DNA of 62,944 bases, the filler included. It is 7 parts of 7 records of this genome, joined end to end, with 100 filler letters (N's around TTAATTAATTAA, not from the genome) between each part and the next. Parts side by side here need not be neighbours in the genome. Positions count along the whole stretch, not along the records: positions 1 to 8,840 come from SRR31156797_12416; 6 more parts are not named here. One strand, 5' to 3'. Shown in pieces: positions 1 through 8,940 of this stretch; position 1 is the first letter of the stretch; each line of letters starts with the position of its first letter. The notes below the pieces were generated by a model, which was not told the origin of the DNA, did no database searches, and worked only from the letters and a program-made list of their open reading frames with translations. Both the position numbers and the translations under genes were made by a program.

Positions 1-252
1 AATAAGATCCTCCATCCTGGCGTACTTCAGCATCACCAGGTTCCGTCCTTCCTCCCCGGCCCGTTCCAGATCCTCCCTGTAGCTGAGCAGAGTGTCCCTG
101 GACCAAAGCGAATACATGCAGCCTCTGTAGAACCTGAAATCATCCGGCCGCTCCTGGCATGAGGCGGTTTCCCGCGCATTGACGGAAAGGAACATCTCAA
201 GCTCTCTCTCCAGAATCTCATCAATGACCGTATCCCTGCTTATCCCGCCCAT
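1..252 (-). CDS. DUF4125-family protein, N-terminal part (truncated by window edge; absent from ORF track)
   Basis: Manual translation from ATG at 252: MGGISRDTVIDEILERELEMFLSVNARETASCQERPDDFRFYRGCMYSLWSRDTLLSYREDLERAGEEGRNLVMLKYARMEDLI. The ASCQ, WS..L.SY..DL and GRNL...KYARM motifs are typical of DUF4125. The start overlaps the end of the DUF4037 gene. Confidence 0.75.
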   Translation of the reverse strand, partial: MGGISRDTVIDEILERELEMFLSVNARETASCQERPDDFRFYRGCMYSLWSRDTLLSYREDLERAGEEGRNLVMLKYARMEDLI

Positions 253-1166
253 ACATTGATTCCCCGTATCTCTTTGTCTTCGATCCGCTTCTGGATCTCC
301 GGCCCGTGGTCGGGAAGGAAATCGCTGTCCGAGTCGCTGAGCCCGGCGTCCTTCAGGCAGGCGATGATCCGTCCGGCGCAGCTCTCCATCAACTCCCCCT
401 TCCCTTCTCTGGAACCTGTACCCGTCAGCTCCGAAATCAGCTCATAGCTGTACGATCCCAAAACAGGCAGTTCCCTGACGGCGCGGTGGGCCCATTTGTA
501 GAAGGGCTTATACCTTCCGTTCAGGAGGAAGACAATGGAAAGGGCGTCCTCCAGAAACTTCATCCCCGCCTGGTCGGCGGCATAGAGCTCCTTCCGCCGG
601 AGGCTTCTGGCATAGTTATACTGCCCTTCCCGGCCTGCGCTCATACAGCGGGCGGCCAGTTTTTTGAGCCTCACATCCTCTGGATAGAAGGCAAGCAGCC
701 TGTCGCGGATAGAGGCGAAACGACTCCCCGAACCGTAAAAAATCTTGCCGTTGCAGGCCGCCGCCAGGGCGTCCTCCGGAATCCTCAGCCAGCCGAACAG
801 GCTGTCCGGTATACCGGGAATGCCCAGAAATCTCCGGTAATACCTATCCGTTTCCAGTACGCCGACCCGGCCCTCTCCCCAGGCGCTGGTCTTCCTTGCC
901 CGGTAGCCGCCAAAGCTCGCGGGGAGCGAATCGTAGAGCCCCTGCAGCTCCGGCCCCAGGGCAGCGAAGTCATCCCCGTCAAGCCAGATGCAGAATCCAG
1001 GCCCCCAGTCATGGTCCTGTGAGTATTCGTCGTCGAATCCGAAGCACTCCGAACCGTCTCCCGCCAGGCCGATGGCCATCTTCTTCAGATCTACGGCGAA
1101 CTCTCTTTCCAGCACGGGCAGGGCGCAGAGATGGAAATAGTTTTCGCACAGCTCCATTCCCTTCAT
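240..1166 (-). CDS. DUF4037-domain protein (putative nucleotidyltransferase-fold N-terminus plus helical domain)
   Basis: GDGSECFGFDDEYSQDHDWGPGF resembles the GS...DxD NTase signature. C-terminal YPEDVRLKK and PFYKW motifs are typical of DUF4037. Confidence 0.75.
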   Translation of the reverse strand: MKGMELCENYFHLCALPVLEREFAVDLKKMAIGLAGDGSECFGFDDEYSQDHDWGPGFCIWLDGDDFAALGPELQGLYDSLPASFGGYRARKTSAWGEGRVGVLETDRYYRRFLGIPGIPDSLFGWLRIPEDALAAACNGKIFYGSGSRFASIRDRLLAFYPEDVRLKKLAARCMSAGREGQYNYARSLRRKELYAADQAGMKFLEDALSIVFLLNGRYKPFYKWAHRAVRELPVLGSYSYELISELTGTGSREGKGELMESCAGRIIACLKDAGLSDSDSDFLPDHGPEIQKRIEDKEIRGINVWAG

Positions 1167-1331
1167 CAGAAAAGCTCCCCCCTGTTCCGCCTTCAGATTT
1201 ACCGGCTCTGTTCATAGATGAGCCTGTTTAATATATAGCCCCCAATCTGCGGGCTGTCAATTTTCACTGGAGTATCATTATTCCATTCCGGGCCTCTGTT
1301 CGCAGATCATCATCCATGGCATAGTGGGGGC

Positions 1332-2261
1332 ATGAAAAAGACCGGAACTTCCATAGCCTACGCGGCCCTTCTAACGGCGATGATCGTATGGGGCAGCTCC
1401 TTCATAGCCCTGAAGATCGCCTTCTCCCAGTACGATCCGATGTTCGTCATATTCGGAAGGATGGTTCTGGGTCTGTTATTCTTTGTTCCGATTCTGGCAA
1501 GGGACGCCGGAAAGATCAGAAGGCAGGATATCGGACTTATCCTGCTGATGGCCTTCTTCGAGCCCTGTCTCTACTTCGTATTCGAAGCCAAGGCGCTTAC
1601 CCTGACCACCGCCAGCCAGGCCGGTATGATCACCTCCACGCTCCCCCTGATCGTAGGCGTCACGGCCTATTTCATACTGAAGGAAGAGCTGAACAGGACC
1701 ATGCTCCTGGGCTTCTTCCTGGCCATCGCAGGAGTTATCTGGCTGACCCTCGGCGGCAGCGGATCGGAGGATGCGCCCAATCCGATGCTGGGCAATATGA
1801 TGGAACTGCTGGCCATGGTCTGCGCCGCCGGTTACACCCTGAGCCTGAAGCGCCTGAGCTCACGCTACTCCCCCTTCTTCCTGACGGGAGTGCAGACCCT
1901 GATGGGCGCCCTCTTCTTCCTTCCCCTGGTCCTGCTCTCGGATGCGGGCTTCCCCTCCCACTACACGGTCAAGGGCAGCCTGGCGGTCGCCTACCTGGGC
2001 ATAGCGGTCACCCTGGGGGGATACGGGCTCTATAACTTCGGAACCAGCCGCATCCCCGCCAGCAAGTCCTCGGCCTTCGTCAATCTTATCCCCGTCGTTT
2101 CTCTGATCCTGAGCATCGCCATTCTGGGAGAGAAGGTGGGGGTTCATCAGCTTCTGGCCTCGGCCCTGATCCTCTGCGGGGTACTGGTCAGCCAGATCAA
2201 TCCTGACAAAAGCTCCCGTTCCGGAGCGTCCCGCTCGGTTCCCGACTACAATCCCGGTTAG
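1332..2261 (+). CDS. DMT/EamA family transporter
   Basis: About 10 TM segments, an N-terminal WGSSF motif and two EamA-like repeats (..ILKE.. / ..ILGE..). Confidence 0.9.
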   Translation: MKKTGTSIAYAALLTAMIVWGSSFIALKIAFSQYDPMFVIFGRMVLGLLFFVPILARDAGKIRRQDIGLILLMAFFEPCLYFVFEAKALTLTTASQAGMITSTLPLIVGVTAYFILKEELNRTMLLGFFLAIAGVIWLTLGGSGSEDAPNPMLGNMMELLAMVCAAGYTLSLKRLSSRYSPFFLTGVQTLMGALFFLPLVLLSDAGFPSHYTVKGSLAVAYLGIAVTLGGYGLYNFGTSRIPASKSSAFVNLIPVVSLILSIAILGEKVGVHQLLASALILCGVLVSQINPDKSSRSGASRSVPDYNPG

Positions 2262-2425
2262 GGTATCGCATGCTGCGAACAGGCAGTGATCTTCAGTTCC
2301 TCATACCGGCTGTAAACCAGACTCCGGTCCTTGTCCCTTGAAATACAACGGGGTTCCGTTGATCCACGGCCCCTCCAGGGGAAAGGAAAGCCATCAAAAC
2401 CGTCGCCGGCCACACGCCGGAGGCC

Positions 2426-3778
2426 CTAATTCTTAAAACTGTGGATGGGCGCCGGGATTCTACCGCCCCTGTTGATGAAACCGGCGGAGCTGAACTTGCT
2501 TACCGGCAGGATGGGAGCGTAACCCAACAGGCCGCCGAACTCCACCGTTTCGCCCACGCCCTTGCCGTGAACCGGAATGACCCTGACGGCGGTGGTCTTG
2601 TTGTTGATGACGCCGATGGCCGCTTCGTCGGCGATCATACCGGAGATAGTGGTTTCGGGGGTATCCCCGGGAATGGCGATCATATCCAGTCCCACCGAGC
2701 AGACGCTGGTCATGGCTTCCAGCTTGTCGAAGGTCAGGGCGCCGTTCCGAACGGCTTCGATCATCCCTTCGTCCTCGCTGACGGGGATAAAGGCGCCGCT
2801 GAGTCCTCCCACGGAGGAGGAGGCCATGATGCCGCCCTTCTTGACCGCGTCGTTCAGCATGGCCAGGGCGGCGGTAGTCCCGTGGGCGCCGGCCGCTTCC
2901 AGCCCCATCTCTTCAAAGATCCTCGCCACGCTGTCGCCCACCGCGGGAGTGGGAGCCAGGGACAGATCCAGGATTCCGAAGGGAACGTCCAGCCTCTTTG
3001 AGACCTCGTTTCCCACCAGCTGTCCGGCTCGGGTGATCTTGAAGGCGGTCTTCTTGATGTTCTCCGCCACCACCTGAATGGGTTCCCCCTTAACCTTCTC
3101 CAGAGCCCGCTTGACCGTTCCCGGTCCGCTGACGCCGACGTTGATCACCGCTTCCGGTTCTCCCACGCCGTGAAAGGCGCCGGCCATAAAGGGATTGTCA
3201 TCCACCGCATTGGCGAAGATCACCAGCTTGGCGCAGCCGATGGAGTCCCTGTCCCGGGTCAGATAGGCCGCGTCCTTGACGATCTTTCCCATCAGCTTGA
3301 CCGCATCCAGGTTTATACCGGCCCTGGTGCTGCCCAGGTTCACCGAAGAGCACACCCGTTCGGTCTCGCACAGGGCCTGGGGAATGGAATCGATGAGGAC
3401 ACGGTCTCCCCGGGAAAATCCCTTCTGAACCAGGGCGGAGAATCCCCCGATGAAGTTAACCCCCACCTCTTTGGCGGCCCTGTCCAGGGTCCGGGCGTAG
3501 GCCACGTAGTCCTTGTCGCCGCTTGCCGAGGCGATCAGGGACAGGGGAGTGACAGAGATCCGCTTGTTGATAATGGGGATGCCGAATTCCGTTTCGATCT
3601 GGTCTCCCTCTTTTACCAGATTTTCCGCGTACCTTGTAATCTTGTCGTAGATCCTGGTCCGGGATTTCTCGCCGTCTGAATCGATGCAGTCCATCAGGGA
3701 GATTCCCATGGTGATGGTCCTGATATCGAGCTTCTCTTCCTCAATCATGCGATTGGTTTCGATGACTTTATTCTTCAT
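2426..3778 (-). CDS. UPF0210/DUF711 PFL-like family protein
   Basis: [31 protein letters not shown] and [12 protein letters not shown] motifs; paired with an ACT protein as usual. Confidence 0.9.
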   Translation of the reverse strand: MKNKVIETNRMIEEEKLDIRTITMGISLMDCIDSDGEKSRTRIYDKITRYAENLVKEGDQIETEFGIPIINKRISVTPLSLIASASGDKDYVAYARTLDRAAKEVGVNFIGGFSALVQKGFSRGDRVLIDSIPQALCETERVCSSVNLGSTRAGINLDAVKLMGKIVKDAAYLTRDRDSIGCAKLVIFANAVDDNPFMAGAFHGVGEPEAVINVGVSGPGTVKRALEKVKGEPIQVVAENIKKTAFKITRAGQLVGNEVSKRLDVPFGILDLSLAPTPAVGDSVARIFEEMGLEAAGAHGTTAALAMLNDAVKKGGIMASSSVGGLSGAFIPVSEDEGMIEAVRNGALTFDKLEAMTSVCSVGLDMIAIPGDTPETTISGMIADEAAIGVINNKTTAVRVIPVHGKGVGETVEFGGLLGYAPILPVSKFSSAGFINRGGRIPAPIHSFKN

Positions 3779-3810
3779 AAACGCTGTGATCCTCCGCTGC
3801 CCTTGTCGTC

Positions 3811-4086
3811 CTAGATTTCATTCATGTAGTCGAAGATCTCTTCCCGCTGGATCTTGACGGACAGCCCCAGTTCTTTCCCCAGGGCCTCCAGCGTATTCTG
3901 CAGCTCGATAAACTCGCAGCTGACCTCTGACAGGTTCACCAGCATCATCATCGTAAAATAATCCTGAAGTATGGTCTGACTGATGTCCTCGACGTTAACG
4001 CTCTTCTCCGCCAGAACCTTGGTGACCGAATAGATGATACCCACTTTGTCTTTACCGACAACCGTAATAATAGCTTTCCCTTTCAA
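3811..4086 (-). CDS. ACT-domain protein (UPF0237)
   Basis: [14 protein letters not shown]...NVEDISQT motif; lies directly upstream of UPF0210; TTG start with a GGAGG RBS. Confidence 0.9.
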   Translation of the reverse strand: MKGKAIITVVGKDKVGIIYSVTKVLAEKSVNVEDISQTILQDYFTMMMLVNLSEVSCEFIELQNTLEALGKELGLSVKIQREEIFDYMNEI

Positions 4087-4345
4087 CTGGTGCCTCCCGA
4101 AGTATCCTTCATTTATAGAAAATCCGCGCCTTTACGTCTAGTCAGAACACGGGGGAGTGCCATCTTCAGTGGCCGGCGGCCCTGCCTCCTCCTGTGGCGG
4201 GCTCGATTGCGCCGTACCTGTCGGGAGGAACGAAACGAGCTCTCCGGAGAGGGATTTCCCGTCCCTGGAAAGAATCCGGCCGCTCGGAAGGGATTTCCTT
4301 ACATTTTCTTTGCGTCCTTCAATTTATTGGACCATAATAAAAAAC

Positions 4346-4720
4346 ATGAACATCCTGATCATAGACGACTCCGGTGTTATGCGGCGGATCCACAAGAACA
4401 CCCTCATTGAGAATCAGATTCCCGAAGAGAGCCTTATCGAGGCGGCCGACGGAAAGGAAGCTCTCCAGAAGGCCAATGACAATGAGATCACCCTCTTTCT
4501 GGTAGACTGGAACATGCCCAAGCTGGACGGACTGGAATTCGTCCGGAGGCTCAGGGGGACGACCAGGTACAAGACCACCCCCATCATCATGGTCACCTCG
4601 GAAGCGGCGAAATACAATGTCATCCAGGCCATCAATGCGGGGGTCACGGATTACGTGGTCAAGCCTATCAAAGGCAATGTCCTTTGGGAGAAAGTGGCGT
4701 CCTATCTGATCAAAGGCTGA
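4346..4720 (+). CDS. cheY: CheY-like single-domain response regulator
   Basis: MNILIIDDS...LVDWNMP...MVT...YVVKP; start reassigned to ATG 4346. Confidence 0.85.
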   Translation: MNILIIDDSGVMRRIHKNTLIENQIPEESLIEAADGKEALQKANDNEITLFLVDWNMPKLDGLEFVRRLRGTTRYKTTPIIMVTSEAAKYNVIQAINAGVTDYVVKPIKGNVLWEKVASYLIKG

Positions 4721-4726
4721 TTGAAA

Positions 4727-5185
4727 ATGAAAGCGAAGTTTATCAATCCGTTTATCAACGCGGCTCAGAGGCTCTTCAAGGAGTATATGGAACTGGACGT
4801 CCACGCGGGCAAGCCCTACCTCCTCGGGGATCCCCAGAATCTGGAAGGGGTTTCGGCCATCATAGGCCTGGCGGGAGATACCACGGGAGCGGTGGTCCTG
4901 ACCTTTACGAGGGAGACGGCCATCGCCATGGTGTCCCGGCTGGAGGGCAAGACCTATGTCGCCCTGGGAGCTGAGATACTGGACGGCGTGGGGGAGATGG
5001 TGAATATCATCGCGGGGAATGCGAAGAAGGATCTGCTGGAATACAAAATCGTCATATCCCTGCCGGGGATCATTACGGGGCACGATTACAAGATCAACTG
5101 GCCCCAGGGGATCCCGGTCATCTCCATCCCCTATGAATCGGAGTTAGGCTCGTTCGCCATCAACGTTTCCATCAAGGAGGAGTAA
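4727..5185 (+). CDS. cheX: CheX chemotaxis phosphatase
   Basis: FINPFI N-terminus and the GEMVNIIAGNA (ExxN) catalytic motif. Confidence 0.9.
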   Translation: MKAKFINPFINAAQRLFKEYMELDVHAGKPYLLGDPQNLEGVSAIIGLAGDTTGAVVLTFTRETAIAMVSRLEGKTYVALGAEILDGVGEMVNIIAGNAKKDLLEYKIVISLPGIITGHDYKINWPQGIPVISIPYESELGSFAINVSIKEE

Positions 5186-5186
5186 G

Positions 5187-7391
5187 GTGCGCTTCAGGTC
5201 CATCCAGGTCAAGATCGTCTCGGTTCTCCTGGCGGTTCTCACCGTAGGGGTCAGCTTTTCCATCTCCTTCTCTCTGAGGAATCAGCAAAAAAATCTGATA
5301 GAAGCCTCACAGCAGACCCTGGCCCTGAACACCCAGGTTCTGAACCATACCATCAACAACATCATGCTCAGCGGGGAAGCCCCCCTGGCCAACAGAACCA
5401 TGAACGACCTGAGGAACATGCCCGAGTTCCTGGAGTACGAGATCTACAGACGGGACGGCACCATAGCCTTCAGCGACTACGAAACCCTGGATTTCGTCAA
5501 CCGCTTTCAGGACAGGTTCATGTTCGAACAGACCCCGCGGATCGACGGCACCATGCTGGAGGACCAGGGCTTCAAAGAGGTGCTGAAGTTTTCCACCCCC
5601 TATGTGTTTCTGGACGAGGGGGCCCAGGAGATGGAGTACTACTTCCCTATCCTGAACTACGCCGACTGCCGGAGCTGTCACGGCGACGACCACTTCATCC
5701 GGGGGATCTCCCATTTCAGGATCAGCCTGGCCGATATCTATGCCAAGGTCGGCGCCGCAAGGCAAACCCTCAGCCTCTTCTTCCTGGTCATCGGTTTGCT
5801 TATCTTTGCGGGCATCACCCTGGTGCTCCGGAGGATCATCATCGCCCCCATCCTGGGGATAGGCAGCATCGTCTCCCGCGTGGGGGAAGGGGACCTGGAG
5901 GTCTCGGTCGACCTGAGGCAGAGGGACGAGCTGGGAGTCCTGGCGGGCCGGATCAACGATATGATAAGGGGACTCAAGGCCAGCAAGGAACTGGAGCTGG
6001 AGAACACGAGGATAGAGGCCAGACTGGACGAAAGCCGGAAGTATCTGGACAACATCAACGAGGGCCTGCTGCTCCTGGACCGGGATTTCCGGATTACCAG
6101 CGAGTACTCAGCCTTCCTCACTTCCCTGTTCGAGCAGAAGGATCTGGGAGGAAAACCCTTTCCCGAGTTCATCTACCCCGACGAAAAAGAGAGTCAGGAA
6201 GCCCGGGAAGAGATGGAGGGATTTCTGAGGATCATGTTCAACAACAGCACCGCCGCCCTGAGCATGATCATGGATATCAATCCTCTGGCGGAGAAGGAGA
6301 TCATCCTCCCCAGCGGGCGCAAGATCATCGTCAGCGCGGCCTTTCAGAGGATCATGGAAGACGGGGAAGTCAGGAACCTGATGGTCCTGTTCCAGGATAT
6401 GACAGGGATCATCGAATCCAGAGAGGCCCTGGAGGCGGAGCGGCAGATCCATGAATCCGAGCTGGAACAGATCGCCGCCATCCTGAAACTGGGCCCCCGT
6501 ATCTTCGAGGAGTTCGTCGCCTCGGCGAGGGAGGTGTTCCACTACATCCGGGAGAACAGGGATAACTTCGGCCGTCAGGAGATCCTCAACAAGGCCTTCC
6601 GGGACACCCACTCCCTCAAGGGGACGGCCCGCTATCTGAAGTTCAACGTCATGGAGCAGCTGGCCCACCGGATGGAAAGCGATTTCGCCGCTCTGAGGGA
6701 CAACGCCGGCAGCGATCCCCCTTTGCCCGAACTGGATGAGCGGCTGGAGAGCCTGGAGGAGGAGCTGAAATCCATAGACGGCATCATCGAGCGCTTCCGC
6801 CAGTTCTCGCGGGGAGGAGAAAGCGAAGCCCCGGAGATGGATATCTTCCGCCTCCGCCTGGAGGAGATGTGCGACGACCTTTCCCGGGAGCTGGAGAAGG
6901 AGGTGCGCCTGGATTTCCACTCCGACTGGGACAGGCTGCCCGGTCTCCCCAGGGTTCAGTCCTCGGTGTTCCACCTCCTGCGAAACGCCATGGATCACGG
7001 CATTGAGGACTCCTTTGAACGCCTGGCCGCTGGCAAAGAGGAAACGGCCAGGCTCTCCCTCTCCTTCCGGAAGGAGGAGGGAGACATGATGCTTGTGGAA
7101 CTGAAAGACGACGGGCGGGGACTGGATTTCCAGGCTCTGGAACAGCGTGCCCTGGAAACGGGCCTGCTCAAACCGGGCAAACACTTCCCCTCACAGATCC
7201 TCAAGACCCTGTTTATGCCGGGCTTCAGCAGCCGGGACCAGGCGGACAGCATCTCGGGCCGGGGCGTCGGCCTGGATGCGGTAAGAGCCGATATGCAGGC
7301 TCTGGGAGGAAAGATCAACGTGAAAACCGCCAAAGGCAGGGGAACGAGCTTCAGTCTCCTGATCCCCCTGGCGTCTCTGGAGGCAGAATGA
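5187..7391 (+). CDS. Membrane-anchored CheA-like histidine kinase: TM, periplasmic CxxCH heme-c domain, TM, HAMP, PAS-like, HPt, CheA-type HATPase; no CheW/P5 domain
   Basis: Two TM helices flank CRSCH (5667-5681). HAMP: GDLEV...DELGVLA. HPt: FRDTHSLKG...AHRMES. CheA-type N/G1/F/G2 boxes: HLLRNAMDHGIE, DDGRG, FMPGFS, SGRGVGLD. The protein ends right after the ATPase domain. Confidence 0.85.
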   Translation: MRFRSIQVKIVSVLLAVLTVGVSFSISFSLRNQQKNLIEASQQTLALNTQVLNHTINNIMLSGEAPLANRTMNDLRNMPEFLEYEIYRRDGTIAFSDYETLDFVNRFQDRFMFEQTPRIDGTMLEDQGFKEVLKFSTPYVFLDEGAQEMEYYFPILNYADCRSCHGDDHFIRGISHFRISLADIYAKVGAARQTLSLFFLVIGLLIFAGITLVLRRIIIAPILGIGSIVSRVGEGDLEVSVDLRQRDELGVLAGRINDMIRGLKASKELELENTRIEARLDESRKYLDNINEGLLLLDRDFRITSEYSAFLTSLFEQKDLGGKPFPEFIYPDEKESQEAREEMEGFLRIMFNNSTAALSMIMDINPLAEKEIILPSGRKIIVSAAFQRIMEDGEVRNLMVLFQDMTGIIESREALEAERQIHESELEQIAAILKLGPRIFEEFVASAREVFHYIRENRDNFGRQEILNKAFRDTHSLKGTARYLKFNVMEQLAHRMESDFAALRDNAGSDPPLPELDERLESLEEELKSIDGIIERFRQFSRGGESEAPEMDIFRLRLEEMCDDLSRELEKEVRLDFHSDWDRLPGLPRVQSSVFHLLRNAMDHGIEDSFERLAAGKEETARLSLSFRKEEGDMMLVELKDDGRGLDFQALEQRALETGLLKPGKHFPSQILKTLFMPGFSSRDQADSISGRGVGLDAVRADMQALGGKINVKTAKGRGTSFSLLIPLASLEAE

Positions 7392-7903
7392 AAAAAGCGG
7401 CCGGCCTGATCGGAGCTCTCTTGCTCCTGCCCTCCTGCGCTCCCCGGCAGGAAGAGATCGTCCTGACTCATCTCAAGGCGGATGAGATCAGCGGGGAAAG
7501 GCTCTGGGAGAGGATCGGTTCCGAATCGCCCTACCAGACATACGGAGAGTGGCCGGGACACGAGGGCCTCCGCCCGGGCCAATCCCCACACGGGGTCTGG
7601 CACCGGGTCTATACCAACCAGGCGCTGCGTCAGGCCCTTCCGATCAATGACGGCGAGGCACCCATCGGAACCATTATCGTGAAGGAGAACTACACACCCG
7701 CCAGAGAGCTGGACAAGCTGACGGTGATGGCCAAGGTAGGGGGCTACAGCCCCGAAACCGGTGACTGGTTCTGGGCGATGTACAGCCCTGACGGAGAGGT
7801 CCTGGCAGAAGGGAGCCCCAGGGGATGCGTATCCTGCCATAGCGGCAAGGGGTACAACGACTATATCATCATAAAGAACCTGGATGAGCCTCTGGGCGAA
7901 TAG
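7388..7903 (+). CDS. Cytochrome P460-family c-type heme lipoprotein
   Basis: Lipobox-like LLLLPSC (Cys17), RVYTN, GTIIVKENY, MAK...GDWFW and a C-terminal CVSCH (7826-7840). ATGA overlap with the kinase stop. Confidence 0.8.
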   Translation: MKKAAGLIGALLLLPSCAPRQEEIVLTHLKADEISGERLWERIGSESPYQTYGEWPGHEGLRPGQSPHGVWHRVYTNQALRQALPINDGEAPIGTIIVKENYTPARELDKLTVMAKVGGYSPETGDWFWAMYSPDGEVLAEGSPRGCVSCHSGKGYNDYIIIKNLDEPLGE

Positions 7904-8075
7904 ACGGCATAAGAAACGATCATAAATACCCTTTATCTCGCTATGCTCTGAGGATTTCGTCCTCAAAACAGAGGCAGTCCTTCTCCCAGCCCGGACAGCG
8001 ATTCGATCAGGTTCATGCGTTCCGTCGTTCAATGTCATAAGTCAGCGGATTGATATCGTTATTTAAATATTTAAA

Positions 8076-8104
8076 TTGCAACCATTAGGATGTCCTAATA
8101 AAAT
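8076..8104 (+). promoter_or_regulatory. sigma70-type promoter with a palindromic operator in the spacer
   Basis: TTGCAA (8076-8081), 17 nt, TAAAAT (8099-8104); inverted repeat ATTAGGA-tg-TCCTAAT at 8084-8099. Confidence 0.55.
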
Positions 8105-8135
8105 TTATACTAATTCAATTCGTACGGGAGGAATC

Positions 8136-8840
8136 ATGAAAAAGATTCTCGGTATTTCAGTTCTTTTTCTTTGTCTTTCTTTTCCCCTCGCAGGACAGAG
8201 CGCTGCAGGCATTACGACAAGAGATATAAGCTATGAAGTGGATGGAAAGGAATTTATCGGATTCATCGCCTATGACGCGTCGCTCAAAGCTCCCCGGCCC
8301 GGCGTCATTGTCGTGCACGAGTGGAGGGGGATCAATGATTATGCCAGGAAGAGGGCCGTCGATCTGGCCCTGGAGGGTTATGTCGCCTTCGCCCTTGATA
8401 TGTACGGAGACGGCGAAGAGCTGTCCTTGGATATGGCCAGATCCATGTCCCGCAGCATCGGTTCCGATTTCCCTCTCCTCGAAGAGAGATTCAACGCGGC
8501 CCTGAAGGTTCTTCATGACCAGGATATGGTCGACCGGAAGAGAACGGCGGCCATCGGGTATTGCTTCGGAGGCGGAGTCGTCCTGAACATGGCCAGACTG
8601 GGAACCGGCCTGAACGGAGTCGTCAGCTTTCACGGCTCTCTCAATACTGGCCTGGACGCCCGAAGAGGCGATATAAAGACCAGGATACTCGCCATTCAGG
8701 GAGACGGGGATCCCGTTGCTCCAGCGGAAAAGCAGAAAGCCTTCAAAAAGGAAATGGAAGACAGCGGAGCCGAGTTCGAGTACATTATCTACAGAGATGT
8801 GGCTGCTCATAACTTCACCAATCCCGAAGGAAGGACCTAC
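8136..8840 (+). CDS. Dienelactone hydrolase family protein, exported (3' truncated)
   Basis: Signal peptide, VHEWRG, nucleophile motif GYCFGG, SFHG and AHNFTNP; start at ATG 8136 after GGAGG. Confidence 0.9.
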
Positions 8841-8940
8841 NNNNNNNNNNNNNNNNNNNNNNNNNNNNNNNNNNNNNNNNNNNNTTAATTAATTAANNNN
8901 NNNNNNNNNNNNNNNNNNNNNNNNNNNNNNNNNNNNNNNN
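8841..8940. other. Artificial contig spacer
   Basis: 44 N + TTAATTAATTAA (stops in all six frames) + 44 N. Confidence 0.98.

Noticed and set aside
4090-4345. Possible riboswitch (ZTP/pfl or glycine) upstream of the ACT-UPF0210 genes
   Set aside because: No aptamer consensus is recognisable on the minus strand, and a plausible promoter (TAGACG-N17-TATAAA) lies close to the start codon, leaving no room for a leader.
4157-4345. N-terminal extension of CheY in the ORF track (187 aa)
   Set aside because: The receiver domain starts at Met 4346; the extension is translated intergenic DNA.
6108-8038. Long antisense ORFs (358 aa and 347 aa) opposite the kinase and P460 genes
   Set aside because: Shadow ORFs typical of GC-rich coding DNA, with no motifs. 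The same applies to most other nested or antisense ORFs in the track.
8885-8896. Recurring TTAATTAATTAA as a biological repeat or CRISPR-like unit
   Set aside because: It is always centred in 88 N and gives stops in all six frames, so it is an assembly spacer.
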